A stretch of 64,000 nt of DNA from a virus. The DNA is taken from positions 18,068 to 82,067 of IMG/VR virus record IMGVR_UViG_3300045996_001458; one strand, written 5' to 3'. Each line of letters begins with the position of its first letter. The stretch's first letter is position 1. Both the position numbers and the translations under genes were made by a program. Of this stretch, positions 47,881 through 58,510 are shown in pieces. The notes under the pieces were generated by a model. The model made no database searches, was not told where the DNA came from, and saw only the letters and a program-made list of their open reading frames with translations.

Positions 47881-50800
47881 TACGGCCTCCCTCGCAACTG
47901 CACCTCACGGGCGACATGAGCCACAGCACGATCGGCGACGACCTGCATCCGTCCGATGATCGAGCCGTCGGTATCGACCAAGGTCAACGTGGACGGGAAC
48001 GCCGGGGCCGCGGCGGACACCGAGGTCGGCGCGGCGGTCTGGGCGATCCCGCCGAGCGCGAACCTTTTGATCAGGTCGAACCCGCGATTGCGTGCCAGGT
48101 CGTACAGCAGCGCCAACGACCTCGGATGGTTGTTGTCCGGGATGTAGTACTCGTTGTCCCGGATCCGGTCGCCCACGACCCGCCACGTGTTCGGTGGCAC
48201 CACCTGTGCGATACCGGCCGCCATCGGCGTGAGCTTGTGGACACCGCCCGACGCGAACGCCTTGACCAAGTTGCCATCGCGGTTGACCAGGTTCGGCTGG
48301 CCAAGTCCGGGCAGTGCGCCTCGGTACTGGAGATTGACCACCTTCGTCGCCGGGGTGGCCAGGAAGTTGTTCAACTCCTGTCGAGCCGACGCCGAGTTGG
48401 CCGTGATCGTCACATTGTTCGGCGTGGTGGTCACGGTGTACCCGAGGTCGATCAGCTTGGCTTTGGCCTCGTCGGACAATGACCTGACTGTGATGGGCTT
48501 GTCCGGAGGGACCTTGTCCACCAATGCCTTGAGGACGATCAGCTCACGCTGGGTGTCGCTCATGCCCGGAGTCTGGATGAGCGTCGAGACGTCCTCGGGG
48601 ATGAGGCCGTACCGGTTGGCCAGGTCGGTTGCCTGCTGGGCAGTCAAGCCCATCTGGCCGGCCTGGGCGATGAACGCCTCACGGGTCGTCTGCACCGCCG
48701 CCGTGGCCTTGCCGAGCGCGACAGTCATCGTGTCGCCCTGGCTGATCGACAGGTCGTAGGTCTTCTGTGCCACTTCCGCAGTGGTGCCGGAGATGTCCTG
48801 AAGACCTTCGAACAGCCTGCGGCCGTTCTGGGTGACCGTGTTTATCGAGCCGTCGGCGTTGAGTAGTGCCGCGCCCCAGCCCTGCGTCTTGTCGACGTTT
48901 GCGCCGAATGCCTCGCCGAGGTTGCTCAACTGCTCGTTGAGGCGGGCGTTCGCCGCTTCGAGGTTGACAGACCCGCCGGAGAGCGCGTCAAGCGCATCCC
49001 GCAGAGCCCTGGCGCGGTCGTCGGCGCTGGCCGTCTCCTCGGACAGGACGCTCATCGCCGAGGCGAGTGTGCGTCCAGAGTCGCTGGAGTCCAGCATGGA
49101 GGCGCGGCCGTCACGGATGGCCTGGTCAAGGTTGCGCTCTTCCTGCTGCGCCTCACTGAACCCCTTGGCGAGTCCGTCGATGGAGCCAAGCAGGTCGAGG
49201 GCCGCCTGGCCGGTCTCGTTGTACCGGCCAGTCCATGCCTGCGACCCGTCTTCCAGCGTGACGAACTCGTGGTTCGCGTCCGCGACTGCCTGCAACTTGG
49301 TGCGGAGCCCGTCGAGCGCTTCACCGTTACCGAGCGTCGCGTCGGTCAACTGTGTCAGGCTGATACCGGCTGCACGTGCAGCGTCGGCCACCGACTGTTC
49401 GGAGTCGGCGACCTTGGTGTTCTGGATGTCCTGCGCCTGCCGTGCACGCACGGCTTCGTTGACCTGGCCGTTGGACTCCCGCAGTGCCGCGACGAGGCCG
49501 TCCACGCGCGAGGAGTGCTCGGCCGTCTTCTTGGCTGCGTCCTGCTGGTGCGACGCCAGCAGTGACAGGCCGACGCCTGCCGCCGCGATCGCGACACCCC
49601 ACGGACCACCGAGGGCGCCGACAAGGCTTCCAGCGGCGGACACCAGACCGCGGGCTCCCGCCGCTGCGACACCGCCCGCGACGGCACCGAACTGACCGAG
49701 CGAGTTGACGGCGCCGGTCACCGCACCCGGTACTCGCTGGAAGGTGTCGATGACGCCGACGCCGACTGCGGTCGGAATTAGGGCGAGCCGACCGGGAAGG
49801 CTGGACACGGCGTCGCCGATCGACGTCACCATGCGCCGCATACCGGCTGCGGCGTTGATCGCCGCCACATCCATTCCGGTGGGAATGGCCTTGACCGCCG
49901 ACACGATCGCAGACGCACGGGAGGACACAGCCTCGCGCGCGGAGTCGAACGTCGATCGCACCGCCGGGCCGAAGCCGCCGATCTTCTCTCCTGCCGCCTG
50001 AACCTCGATGGCCGTCCGGTTCACACCGGTGGCGACAGCGGGACCGAGGCGGCCCAGGGACTCCGCTGCGATGCCTGCACCGAGGGCTGCCCGCTCGGAC
50101 CCCTTCGAGATGACGTCGAACGTCCTCTGGTAGGTCGACGCCATGGCCGCGATCGCGGGAGACCGCTCGGCGAGTGCGCCGATGGCCGCGGTGGTGGCGC
50201 CGATCGGCCGACCTGCCGACTCCGCCTCGCGACGAAGGTCGCCCATGACGTCGGTGAAGCTGCGAAGCGCAACCACGCCGCCGAGTTGAGTGGTCCGGTA
50301 CGCGGCGAGCGCCGCGTCCAAGCGCCCGATGCTCTGTCCGTTGGCCGCGGCAAGTGCGGCCTGAACCCGCATCTCCCCGCTGAACTGACGGACGCCCGGA
50401 AGCGCGTCCGAGTTGCCGAGCGCGGAGGACGCCACCCTGTACGCGATGAGCCCCAGGACTGCGGCCTGTAGCGGGCCAGGGAGTGCCGCCACACCCGAGG
50501 CGATGCCGCCGATCAGGTCTCCGACCGGGCCCAGCACATCGGTTGCGAGTGCGAGGCCGTCGCCGAGCAGGCCGATGCCGGTCGCGAGCGCGGACACCGC
50601 ACCGTCGCCGTCCACCGCGGACAGCGCGAGGTCACGAATCCCTTCGGCTGCCGGACGGGCACCGTCGACCACGTCGTCGAGGACGTCGGTAAACTGCCCC
50701 CACGCACGCAGTGCGACGTTGAGGCCTTCGTTCCCGATCGCCAGTCCACCGCCGGCCAGCGGGGCGAGCACGTCCTTGGCCGCGTCCTGAAGCACTGAGG

Positions 50801-51998
50801 CACGGGAGCGGACGGCCTCCGCGAGGCGCGGTCCGTAGACCTCGCCGACCGCGACAGCGGCTTCCAGTGCCTTGACCACCCCGTCGCCGAGGCCTTCCAA
50901 GTGTCCGGTCGCGGACCGGACGAGCCCTTCCAGGGGGCCGTCGATCGCCTCGTAGATTTCGATGCCCGTGGTCTCGGCCTGCGACACCAGGCCGTCCCAC
51001 GCGCCGCCGAGGCCTTGGGTCTTGGCGGCGGCAACCTCGGCCGCGCCACCTGCACGGCCGACCGCCTTGCCCATGTCGTCGAAGGCCTTGGCGCCGGTGC
51101 TAGCCAACGCACTGGCCACTGTCATGCCCTCATTGCCGAAAGCCACGGCCGCCGCGGTGGTGAACTCGGCTTCGGTGAGCCGACCCTTCGCCGCAGCAAG
51201 CTGCTCGGTGATTGCACGCAGCCCGACAAACTTGCCCTCGGCGGTGAAAGCGTTGATCGCCAACGTCTTGAGGGCCGCCGCGGCAGGAACAGACGGGGAA
51301 GCCAGTGAGGCGATCATGCCTCGCAGGGACGTACCGGCCTGCTCGCCGCGGATGCCCTGGGTGGCGATGAGGCCGATGGCCGTGGCCACCGAGTCGATGT
51401 CGGCGCCGACGGTCTTGGCCACCGGTCCGACGTACTTCAACGCGTTCGCGATATCGGTTACTTCACCGCTCGCCGCATTGGCCGTGTTGGCGAGGATATC
51501 CGCGACACGCCCGGCTTCGCCCGCGGCGAGACCGAACTGGTTCAGGGCGTCGCTCTGGATCTCCGCTGCCTGTGCCGCCTCGATTTGCGCAGCCGCAGCG
51601 AGCTGCAAAGTCCCCTTCGCCGCGGTCATCGCCTCGTCGACCGACAAGCCGCCCTTCGCCAGTTCCTTCATGGCGGCGGCAGCGTCGGCCGCGGAGGTGC
51701 CGGGGAGGGTGATGTCCGAACCGAGCTGCTTGGCGAGGTCGCCGACGCGGGACATCGTGATGCCCGTGGCGCCGGTGACGGCCTGAAGCTCGTTCATATT
51801 TGCCGTGTACTCGTTACCCAGCGTTATGATCGACTTCAGTCCGACCGCAGCGGCGACGGTCCCGGCGGCGACCGCTAGTCCCAGACCTCTACCGGCGGCG
51901 GTCGCGATGCCACTGGCCGACCGCAGGCCCGAGCCCAACTTGCTAGGGAACTCCCGAAGGTCCGGGACAACCTCGACCTCAACGCGCCCACCCGGCAT
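47880..51998 (-). CDS. Tape measure protein
   Basis: 1372 aa, Ala/Gly-rich; TP901-like core (ALKYVGPVA, GIRGEQAGTSLR). Confidence 0.95.
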   Translation of the reverse strand: MPGGRVEVEVVPDLREFPSKLGSGLRSASGIATAAGRGLGLAVAAGTVAAAVGLKSIITLGNEYTANMNELQAVTGATGITMSRVGDLAKQLGSDITLPGTSAADAAAAMKELAKGGLSVDEAMTAAKGTLQLAAAAQIEAAQAAEIQSDALNQFGLAAGEAGRVADILANTANAASGEVTDIANALKYVGPVAKTVGADIDSVATAIGLIATQGIRGEQAGTSLRGMIASLASPSVPAAAALKTLAINAFTAEGKFVGLRAITEQLAAAKGRLTEAEFTTAAAVAFGNEGMTVASALASTGAKAFDDMGKAVGRAGGAAEVAAAKTQGLGGAWDGLVSQAETTGIEIYEAIDGPLEGLVRSATGHLEGLGDGVVKALEAAVAVGEVYGPRLAEAVRSRASVLQDAAKDVLAPLAGGGLAIGNEGLNVALRAWGQFTDVLDDVVDGARPAAEGIRDLALSAVDGDGAVSALATGIGLLGDGLALATDVLGPVGDLIGGIASGVAALPGPLQAAVLGLIAYRVASSALGNSDALPGVRQFSGEMRVQAALAAANGQSIGRLDAALAAYRTTQLGGVVALRSFTDVMGDLRREAESAGRPIGATTAAIGALAERSPAIAAMASTYQRTFDVISKGSERAALGAGIAAESLGRLGPAVATGVNRTAIEVQAAGEKIGGFGPAVRSTFDSAREAVSSRASAIVSAVKAIPTGMDVAAINAAAGMRRMVTSIGDAVSSLPGRLALIPTAVGVGVIDTFQRVPGAVTGAVNSLGQFGAVAGGVAAAGARGLVSAAGSLVGALGGPWGVAIAAAGVGLSLLASHQQDAAKKTAEHSSRVDGLVAALRESNGQVNEAVRARQAQDIQNTKVADSEQSVADAARAAGISLTQLTDATLGNGEALDGLRTKLQAVADANHEFVTLEDGSQAWTGRYNETGQAALDLLGSIDGLAKGFSEAQQEERNLDQAIRDGRASMLDSSDSGRTLASAMSVLSEETASADDRARALRDALDALSGGSVNLEAANARLNEQLSNLGEAFGANVDKTQGWGAALLNADGSINTVTQNGRRLFEGLQDISGTTAEVAQKTYDLSISQGDTMTVALGKATAAVQTTREAFIAQAGQMGLTAQQATDLANRYGLIPEDVSTLIQTPGMSDTQRELIVLKALVDKVPPDKPITVRSLSDEAKAKLIDLGYTVTTTPNNVTITANSASARQELNNFLATPATKVVNLQYRGALPGLGQPNLVNRDGNLVKAFASGGVHKLTPMAAGIAQVVPPNTWRVVGDRIRDNEYYIPDNNHPRSLALLYDLARNRGFDLIKRFALGGIAQTAAPTSVSAAAPAFPSTLTLVDTDGSIIGRMQVVADRAVAHVAREVQLRGRP

Positions 51999-52106
51999 TT
52001 GGTCCCCCAGACGTACGACTGATCGGACGAAAAGGGGCCATCGGGCGAGCTACGCGGTAACGCCGTTCTGATCCACTACGACTGACGTGCGAGCCCAGGA
52101 GGACAG

Positions 52107-52553
52107 ATGTCGGATCAGGTGGAGCAGTCCAAGGCCCAGTCGCGCCGGTGGATGTGGATCGCGGGCGGTGCCGCAGCGGTCGTCGTAGCTCTGGGGGTAG
52201 TCGTGTGGGCCACGTATCCCGAACCTGCGTTCGAGATGTGGGGAACCGTCTCCCTGGACTCCGACGGCGCGTTCTCGATGAACCCCGAGTGCGGCGGCAA
52301 GGGCGGCTATGACGACATCAACCCCGGTGCCACCGTCACGGTGTACGACGCGGAGAGCAAGGTCGTCGCCACCGGAAAGCTCGACAAGGGGAAGTTCGCC
52401 AGCCAGAAACTGGACGCCCCGTGCGTGTTCACCTTCGCGGTCCCCGGCGTTCCTGGCGGGCACGACTTCTACCAGGTCCAGGTGTCCCACCGCGGCAAGA
52501 TCCCCGTGCCCAGCGAGCAGGCCAAGAGCCTCGTCATGCTGACCCTCGGCTAA
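52107..52553 (+). CDS. Membrane-anchored exported protein inserted antisense in the tail operon
   Basis: GGAGGA RBS, one TM, CGGKGGYDDI..C..F. Confidence 0.8.
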   Translation: MSDQVEQSKAQSRRWMWIAGGAAAVVVALGVVVWATYPEPAFEMWGTVSLDSDGAFSMNPECGGKGGYDDINPGATVTVYDAESKVVATGKLDKGKFASQKLDAPCVFTFAVPGVPGGHDFYQVQVSHRGKIPVPSEQAKSLVMLTLG

Positions 52554-53472
52554 CTCAACGTGGCGTCGAACTCATCCAACGACACCATGGTCTTCTCCGC
52601 TGCCGGGGTCTGATGGGCTGCGACCTGCTCCACGTACTGCTGGAGCCGTAGCTCGGCGACCTCGGGCGGCCGGTTGGCGATGGGCGGGATCAGCGGGTGC
52701 GGCGGCGGTTTGATGCCGGCGCGTTCTGCTTCTCTGCGTGCCCGGATGACCTCGCGGTCGTTGGGGTCGACGGTGCGGTCCGCCCAGGCGAGTTCGAGTG
52801 CGTAGTGCTGTGCTTCGAGGAGGAGCGCGGTGTTCTCCTCGTGTGGTCCCCAGTGGCCGTCGAGGTCGTTGACGAGGGCCACGAGATCCACCGCGGGCAG
52901 GGTCCGGAGGCTCTCCCGTAGGTCCAGCCCGTACACCCGCTGGAAGCTTGCGAGGGAGGCGTCCCAACCTGGTCCGATGAGCCAGGTCAGGACGCCGAGG
53001 ATTCCCCCGGCGTGTAGTCGTAGGTGCGGTACACCGTGTCGTCGTCCAGTGCGAACTCGGCCAGGGCCTTCGAGGCGCGGAAGATGTGCGCCTGGGCGAG
53101 CGCCGAGTGCATCCGCGGCATCGATTCCAGCAGGTCGTTCAGTTCCTTGGCCTTCTGCCCGAACGGCAGGTCGGTGTAGGTGACGCTGCCGCCGCTGATC
53201 TTCGCGGCTTCCTCGGCCTTCTTCCGCTCCGCGAGCGCCTTGTCCAGCAGGGCGATGTCCTTGCGGGTGCCGACCAGGTAGGTGAACGCGCCCTGGATCT
53301 CGGCGCTGCGGGCGAACGCGAGGCACCGCAGCGCCTCGACGCCGGTGAGGTCGGTCCGTACGGTCCAGTCCTTGCCGCCGAGCTTCACGACCGCGGGTTC
53401 GAGCAGCCGCGTCGCCAGCATGGCGTCGAGGTCGTAGCTGATTGCCGTTCCGTTCGAGGCGCCTTGCGTCAT
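52550..53472 (-). CDS. Tail assembly chaperone (52987-53472) with -1 frameshift extension to 52550
   Basis: GGGGGAA slippery site at 53002-53008; the -1 frame continues GGILGVLTWLI... Confidence 0.85.
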
Positions 53473-53488
53473 CGGTGGTGCTCCTTGG

Positions 53489-54037
53489 TCAGGCGATCGG
53501 GTTGTTGTCCGTCACCGGGCGGATCGCGGGGGAACCGTCGTCGGGGATGAGGGCCGTGATCTCCAGGTCCCAGCCGGCGAGGTCGTCGTCGTTGAGGATG
53601 TCGTTGGGGCGGTTGACGAGTTCGGCCTTCTTCAGGAAGTAGGCCTTCTTCTTCGTGCCGTCCACGACGCGGACGATCAGGGCGAACTGCTCCTCGTCGC
53701 CTTCGATCCACTCGTAGCCGCCCATCGCGGAGGAGATCGAGCCGCCGGTGAGCAGCGTGAGGGCGGTGGCCTTGGACAGGTCCACCGGGCGCATGGTGAT
53801 GGTGGCTTCCTCGTCGCCCTTGCGCTGCCGGTAAGTGCCCGTCTTGTTCCAGACGGTCAGCTTCGTGGTCTCGCGGGTGCGGTTGACGTTGAAGCCTGCC
53901 TTGATGCCGCCGAACGCCTCCCATCCGCTGAGGGACGAGGCGAAGATGTCCGCGGGCTCGGCGGTGCCGGCGGGGGCGCGGAAAGCGTCCCCATCCAGCC
54001 ACAAAGCCGCCTTCGACGGGTCGGCGTAGGTAGACAT
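53489..54037 (-). CDS. Major tail protein
   Basis: Position and size. Confidence 0.85.
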   Translation of the reverse strand: MSTYADPSKAALWLDGDAFRAPAGTAEPADIFASSLSGWEAFGGIKAGFNVNRTRETTKLTVWNKTGTYRQRKGDEEATITMRPVDLSKATALTLLTGGSISSAMGGYEWIEGDEEQFALIVRVVDGTKKKAYFLKKAELVNRPNDILNDDDLAGWDLEITALIPDDGSPAIRPVTDNNPIA

Positions 54038-54171
54038 GCAGTCCTCCTGCACTCATGCCCGTAGTCGGGCCTAGGTATGGGTAGGCGCCCTGGAGGAGTT
54101 GGACAGGCGCGCTTGTGGGGTGTGGACCGGCCCGCCGCCAAGGCGCCTACCCGCGGCGGGCCGGAGTTCAT

Positions 54172-54603
54172 CTACTGGTTGTGGATCGTCAGTTCCGCGC
54201 GGACCATCGCCCGATAGAGCGGGGTGTCGTCGCCACGGGACTTGTCGGGCGGGAGCGGTCCGGCGTCGAGGATCCGGGCCGACCAGTGCATCGTCTGGTG
54301 ACGGACGTTGCGGGCGGTTTCCAGCGCCCGCATGGCTCGCATGGCGATACGCCACACCACCGTCTCGGGGTCTTCGTCGCCGGCCTCTACGCGCCATGCG
54401 TCGACCTGCACGATGGGCTTGTACCCGCCGCCTCCCATGGCGCCGAGAGGCGTGGGGAGTTGGAGGGTGACGTAGGGCTCGGTGACGCTTCCCGGCGCGC
54501 GGGTGTAGATGCGCTCTGTCGATCCGAGGGCCTCGACGAACGGCGCGTCGAGGAGGAGGCGGGTCTTGACGGCCAGTGGAACCCAAGGGAGATCCGATTC
54601 CAC
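54172..54603 (-). CDS. Tail terminator
   Basis: EPYVTL..VQVDAW; position. Confidence 0.75.
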   Translation of the reverse strand: MESDLPWVPLAVKTRLLLDAPFVEALGSTERIYTRAPGSVTEPYVTLQLPTPLGAMGGGGYKPIVQVDAWRVEAGDEDPETVVWRIAMRAMRALETARNVRHQTMHWSARILDAGPLPPDKSRGDDTPLYRAMVRAELTIHNQ

Positions 54604-54606
54604 TGC

Positions 54607-54912
54607 TCACCCCTTCGGCTGCCACCCGGTGTAGCGCCCGTGCTGCCGGGCCGCATCGGTGAGTACGGCGTGCGCCGGCGTATCGGACGTGCCGAACTCT
54701 TTCCAGACCGCTTCCGGGTCCGTGTCCTCGACGAACACCCGGTCGCCTTCGTTGCGGACGCCGATACCGTCGCGGTACTCGCCCGTCCGGACAGGAGCGT
54801 TGGCCCGCGCCTCGGTGGCGATCTCCGCCGCGATCTGACGGCGCCGTGGCGTGGACGCCTCGAACGCCTGCCGGATCGCCTCGGTGGGGAACACGGTCAC
54901 CCTGATCGCCAT
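54607..54912 (-). CDS. HK97 gp10-like neck protein
   Basis: APVRTGEYRDGI, EFGTS. Confidence 0.8.
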   Translation of the reverse strand: MAIRVTVFPTEAIRQAFEASTPRRRQIAAEIATEARANAPVRTGEYRDGIGVRNEGDRVFVEDTDPEAVWKEFGTSDTPAHAVLTDAARQHGRYTGWQPKG

Positions 54913-54913
54913 G

Positions 54914-55420
54914 TCAGGCGCTCGTGCCGACGATCAGGATCTTGTAGGTGACCGCCGTGCCCGCGCCCGAGTTGGCCACCCGCAGCAGATCGCCGGTCGC
55001 CGCGGTGACCGCCCAGCCCGCGGTTCCGGGTGCGACGAGGACGGCGCACCCGCCGGGCGGGACGGCGATCGTGTGGGTGGCCGCGCCGAACGGGCCGACG
55101 AACTGGTTGCTGGCCGCAGCGCCGAGGACGACGTTGTTGGTGTTGCCCTCGTCGGCGTACAGGAAGATCGCCTTGATCTTCGCGAACGTCACGGTGCCGC
55201 CGAGGGCGCCGGTGAGGGCGCCCGCAAGGTCGATGTCGGTGGTGGCCGACGCGGCGAGGGTGTTGTTGTCACCCCAGACGAGGTCGGCCTGACCGGCGCC
55301 GGTTCCGCTGGTGAGGGTCTTGGCGTAGGACACGTTCTGTGCAGTGGACGTGCCGCCCAGGTCGGAGGTTCCGGTGAGCAGCGCGTTCACGCCTGCACTG
55401 ATGTTGGTGTAGAGCGCCAT
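54914..55420 (-). CDS. Gly/Ala/Thr-rich putative virion protein
   Basis: Lies within the head-tail connector cluster. Confidence 0.65.
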   Translation of the reverse strand: MALYTNISAGVNALLTGTSDLGGTSTAQNVSYAKTLTSGTGAGQADLVWGDNNTLAASATTDIDLAGALTGALGGTVTFAKIKAIFLYADEGNTNNVVLGAAASNQFVGPFGAATHTIAVPPGGCAVLVAPGTAGWAVTAATGDLLRVANSGAGTAVTYKILIVGTSA

Positions 55421-55450
55421 GTCACGCGACTCCTTGGGAGGCGAGCAGGC

Positions 55451-55810
55451 TCACGCCTGCATGTCGGAGATGAGCCGCGCGGAGGCGGCGAGGAACTTCG
55501 GGTGTCGGGCCGGCCTTCGGGCGACGGCACCGACGATGACGAACTTCTCGCCGGTGGCCTCGTTGACCACGACCGACTTCGCCGTGAGCACGGTCTTGGG
55601 GCCGACGAGGATCGTCCACTGCGAGATGGTGGTGTCCTGGGCCGCGGAGAGTTCCGAGCCCTGCGAGACGTTCGCCACCGGGGACTGGCTAAACCGCGCC
55701 GGCCGGTCCGTCTCCACTGTCGGTGGTCCCGGTCGTTCGTTCCCGCTTTCGGGATCGACCACCGGTGGTCCCGGTGTCGTGATCGTCGCCTTGTCCGGCA
55801 GGTGCGGCAT
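55451..55810 (-). CDS. Head-to-tail stopper
   Basis: Position; beta-rich. Confidence 0.65.
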   Translation of the reverse strand: MPHLPDKATITTPGPPVVDPESGNERPGPPTVETDRPARFSQSPVANVSQGSELSAAQDTTISQWTILVGPKTVLTAKSVVVNEATGEKFVIVGAVARRPARHPKFLAASARLISDMQA

Positions 55811-55969
55811 CGGCCACCTCCGGGGTGGAGTCGTCCGGGATGGCGGGCGTGTCGTTCGGGGTGTCGAGGTCCACGGCTCCGTCGCGGAGCAGCTTCTCGG
55901 CGGCCTGGGACTCGCGGGCTGTGTGGTGGACCCGGCCGTCGGCGTCCCTGAGTCGGATGATGTCGGTCA

Positions 55970-56362
55970 TCAGCAGTCCCCCGCTGGTCGAATGCTGTGC
56001 GGACGTCCGCGGCCTTTGGCGCTGGACGGGGTGAGTTGGTCGACCTGTGCGTCGGTGAGGTCCAGCCCGGCGGCGGAGCGGATGGTCACCGCGTGCTCCG
56101 GGTGGGTTTCGCCGGACACGCCGACGCCGGTGTTGGTGACGGTGATGCATTCCATCGCCAGCCAGCAGCACACTGCTTTGGCGGTGCCGGCTTCGACGAG
56201 GGCGGAGGAGATCCAGGTGTCCAGGCTGGGCAGACGTGCCCGCATGACCGCGGAGACGTCCTCCAACAGCGCCTGACACTGGGCGTCCTCGTCCTCGTCG
56301 AAGCCGGCGGCGCCGAGTCCGAGGCGGATGGCCACGTCCGACGGGAGGGCGTACGTGGCCAT
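55970..56362 (-). CDS. Head-to-tail adaptor
   Basis: YALPSDVAIRL..ALLEDVS. Confidence 0.75.
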   Translation of the reverse strand: MATYALPSDVAIRLGLGAAGFDEDEDAQCQALLEDVSAVMRARLPSLDTWISSALVEAGTAKAVCCWLAMECITVTNTGVGVSGETHPEHAVTIRSAAGLDLTDAQVDQLTPSSAKGRGRPHSIRPAGDC

Positions 56363-56365
56363 CGG

Positions 56366-56713
56366 CTACTCCTTCTCGATCAGGCCGCGGTTCTCCAGTT
56401 CGGAGATGAGCGCGCCCTTGGAGTCGAACTTCTCGGTGACGCCCTTGGAGGCGGCGAACTCGATCCACGCCGGTCCGCCGGAGCCGGGCCCGCTACGGGG
56501 TGGCTGCTTGACCACCTCGGCTTGCTCGACCTTGACGGTTCGCGGCGTCTCGGGGATCTCGATCCCGTCGCCCGGCTTGCGGACATCGACTTCGGCCGGG
56601 ACGTCCCACACGTCCGGGTTGGTGATGCGTGCCGCCACCTCGCCGGGTGGGCTGTCGCCCGGCTTGTACCAGGTGCCGTCGAGGTGGACGTGCGTGGTGA
56701 GCTTGCGGACCAT
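56366..56713 (-). CDS. Hypothetical head-associated protein
   Basis: Follows the capsid gene; ARITNPDVW. Confidence 0.65.
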   Translation of the reverse strand: MVRKLTTHVHLDGTWYKPGDSPPGEVAARITNPDVWDVPAEVDVRKPGDGIEIPETPRTVKVEQAEVVKQPPRSGPGSGGPAWIEFAASKGVTEKFDSKGALISELENRGLIEKE

Positions 56714-56723
56714 CGCGCACCTC

Positions 56724-57776
56724 CTACAGGACGTCGGCGACCATCAGGGCGCGCGGGTTGGAGATGACCGGCATGCCGACCGCGTCCACGAAGGTGAATT
56801 CGCGGAACGGCGGGCCCTCCTTGACGATCATGCCCACGATGCCGGGGGCGTCCTCGAAGGACATCTCCGACAGGTTGCTGTTCACCAACTCCAGCGCGGT
56901 GGCCGAGATGCCCCAGGCGGTGTAGCCCAGCGCGCCCGGGGTGGACGGGACGATCATCAGCCGGTCGTCGGCGATGATCGGCGTGGTGGTGCCGTCCACG
57001 TCGACAGCCGCGTCGTAGGTGTTGACCGCCGGGACGCCGTTGGACTCCAGCAGGTTGTTCAGCTCGGTGATCGACACCATCGTGCGGCCCTGGGTCGCCC
57101 CGAACACCGCGTCGATGATCTCCTTGTTGCGGGTCATGAGACGCATTACCCGGTTGGAGGTCCACAGCGCACCGGCCATCGCGCCGCCGTTGGACGTCTT
57201 CCACTGGTCGCACCAGGCGATCAGGTCGGTCAGTACCGTGGCGGTGGTGGTGTTGCTCCACAGGATGGACGGGGCGACGATGTGGCCCTCCGGGGCGCCG
57301 TAGTCGGCCTTCAGGCCTGCGGGCTCGTCGCCGCTGGTGCCGGTGAGCATTGTCAGTTCGAAGTCGGTCAGCACGTCGCCGCGCGCCAACTCCATCCTGT
57401 TGAGGACCTCGCGGGTCAGCCGCTCGGCGTCGTTGTAGATCGCCCGCTCCAGCGCCGCCATCCGGGTACCGCCGGTGCGGGCCATCTGGATCTGCATCCG
57501 CTCGTACTCGCCCATGTTCAGGCTGGACGACAGCGGGGGCAGTCGGACCTTGCCGGTGCGGATGGTGTCGCGCTGCGAGACGTGCAACCGGCCGTCGTAG
57601 GTCCGGAAGCGCGCGACCCGGTTGGTGCGGGTCAGCTCTTCGAGGTCGATCTCGATGTCCTCGAAGTACCGGTTGGGCAGCAGCTGGTCGAGGATGAACC
57701 CGTCGGTGACGGGCACGTCCCGGGTGAAGCTGGTGACGGCGTCGGGGGGGACCGGACCGTCGAAGACGATTGCCAT
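56724..57776 (-). CDS. Major capsid protein (lambda gpE-like)
   Basis: 350 aa, NRMELARGDVL; position. Confidence 0.9.
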   Translation of the reverse strand: MAIVFDGPVPPDAVTSFTRDVPVTDGFILDQLLPNRYFEDIEIDLEELTRTNRVARFRTYDGRLHVSQRDTIRTGKVRLPPLSSSLNMGEYERMQIQMARTGGTRMAALERAIYNDAERLTREVLNRMELARGDVLTDFELTMLTGTSGDEPAGLKADYGAPEGHIVAPSILWSNTTTATVLTDLIAWCDQWKTSNGGAMAGALWTSNRVMRLMTRNKEIIDAVFGATQGRTMVSITELNNLLESNGVPAVNTYDAAVDVDGTTTPIIADDRLMIVPSTPGALGYTAWGISATALELVNSNLSEMSFEDAPGIVGMIVKEGPPFREFTFVDAVGMPVISNPRALMVADVL

Positions 57777-57794
57777 GATCTATGTCCTCTCGGG

Positions 57795-58499
57795 TCAGGC
57801 GGTGAAGTGGACGAGCTTGAGGTCGGCCTGGCCGTTCGCGTCGAGCGTGAACGGCAACCGCGACAGCTTCACGAAGCCGTGCACGAACAGCGCGCCGCCC
57901 GCGTCCTTCGTGGTGTCCAGGAGGTTCGGGACCTTGACGTAGCCGAACAGCAGGCCGGCGCAGGTCTCCAGGCCGCCCGTACCCTCGGTGCCGCCCGCGG
58001 TGGTGGTGGCGACGACGACGGTGCCGGTGCCGCCGGTGGGGGTGGTGGTCATCGCCGCGACGTTGGTGTCGGCCAGGGTGCCGCCGAACGTCACAGTCCA
58101 CGGGCCGCCCGCCGAGCCGGTGACGGTGACGTCCCCCGGAGCGATGTTCGACAGGTTCTCCAAGGCGGTCTGCACTTCGGCCGCCGTGGCCTGGTCGTCC
58201 AGGGACGCGGTGGTCTGGCCGTTCCACGTGATCGTGAAGCTGGTGAGACCGGAGCCGCCGACGGTGAGGGTCTGCACCTCGTCGGTGACGCTGTACGGCC
58301 CGTACAGCCCGGTCGCCGTGATCTTCGCCAGCGGGGTGCCGGACGGGATGTAGCCGTTGGGGTAGTGGACGCCTGCGGTGAACGCGCTGATGTCCAGAAC
58401 GATCGACGGGTTGTCGCCGGGGCCGGTGCCGTGGGGGCCGAGGAGCCAGTCGCGCTTCTCGACCTCGTAGTCGGTCCAGGCGACCGCGATGTCGGTCAT
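57795..58499 (-). CDS. Head decoration protein with inserted domain
   Basis: GYIPSGTPLAKITATGLYGPY...AGLLF, interrupted by a DEVQTLT...TAAEVQTALE domain. Confidence 0.75.
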   Translation of the reverse strand: MTDIAVAWTDYEVEKRDWLLGPHGTGPGDNPSIVLDISAFTAGVHYPNGYIPSGTPLAKITATGLYGPYSVTDEVQTLTVGGSGLTSFTITWNGQTTASLDDQATAAEVQTALENLSNIAPGDVTVTGSAGGPWTVTFGGTLADTNVAAMTTTPTGGTGTVVVATTTAGGTEGTGGLETCAGLLFGYVKVPNLLDTTKDAGGALFVHGFVKLSRLPFTLDANGQADLKLVHFTA

Positions 58500-58510
58500 G
58501 GGTGTGCCTT

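Noticed and set aside
56103-56111. Isolated CGAAACCCA loop motif in the head-tail adaptor gene
   Set aside because: No CCA/CG boxes at 9-nt spacing and no flanking stem
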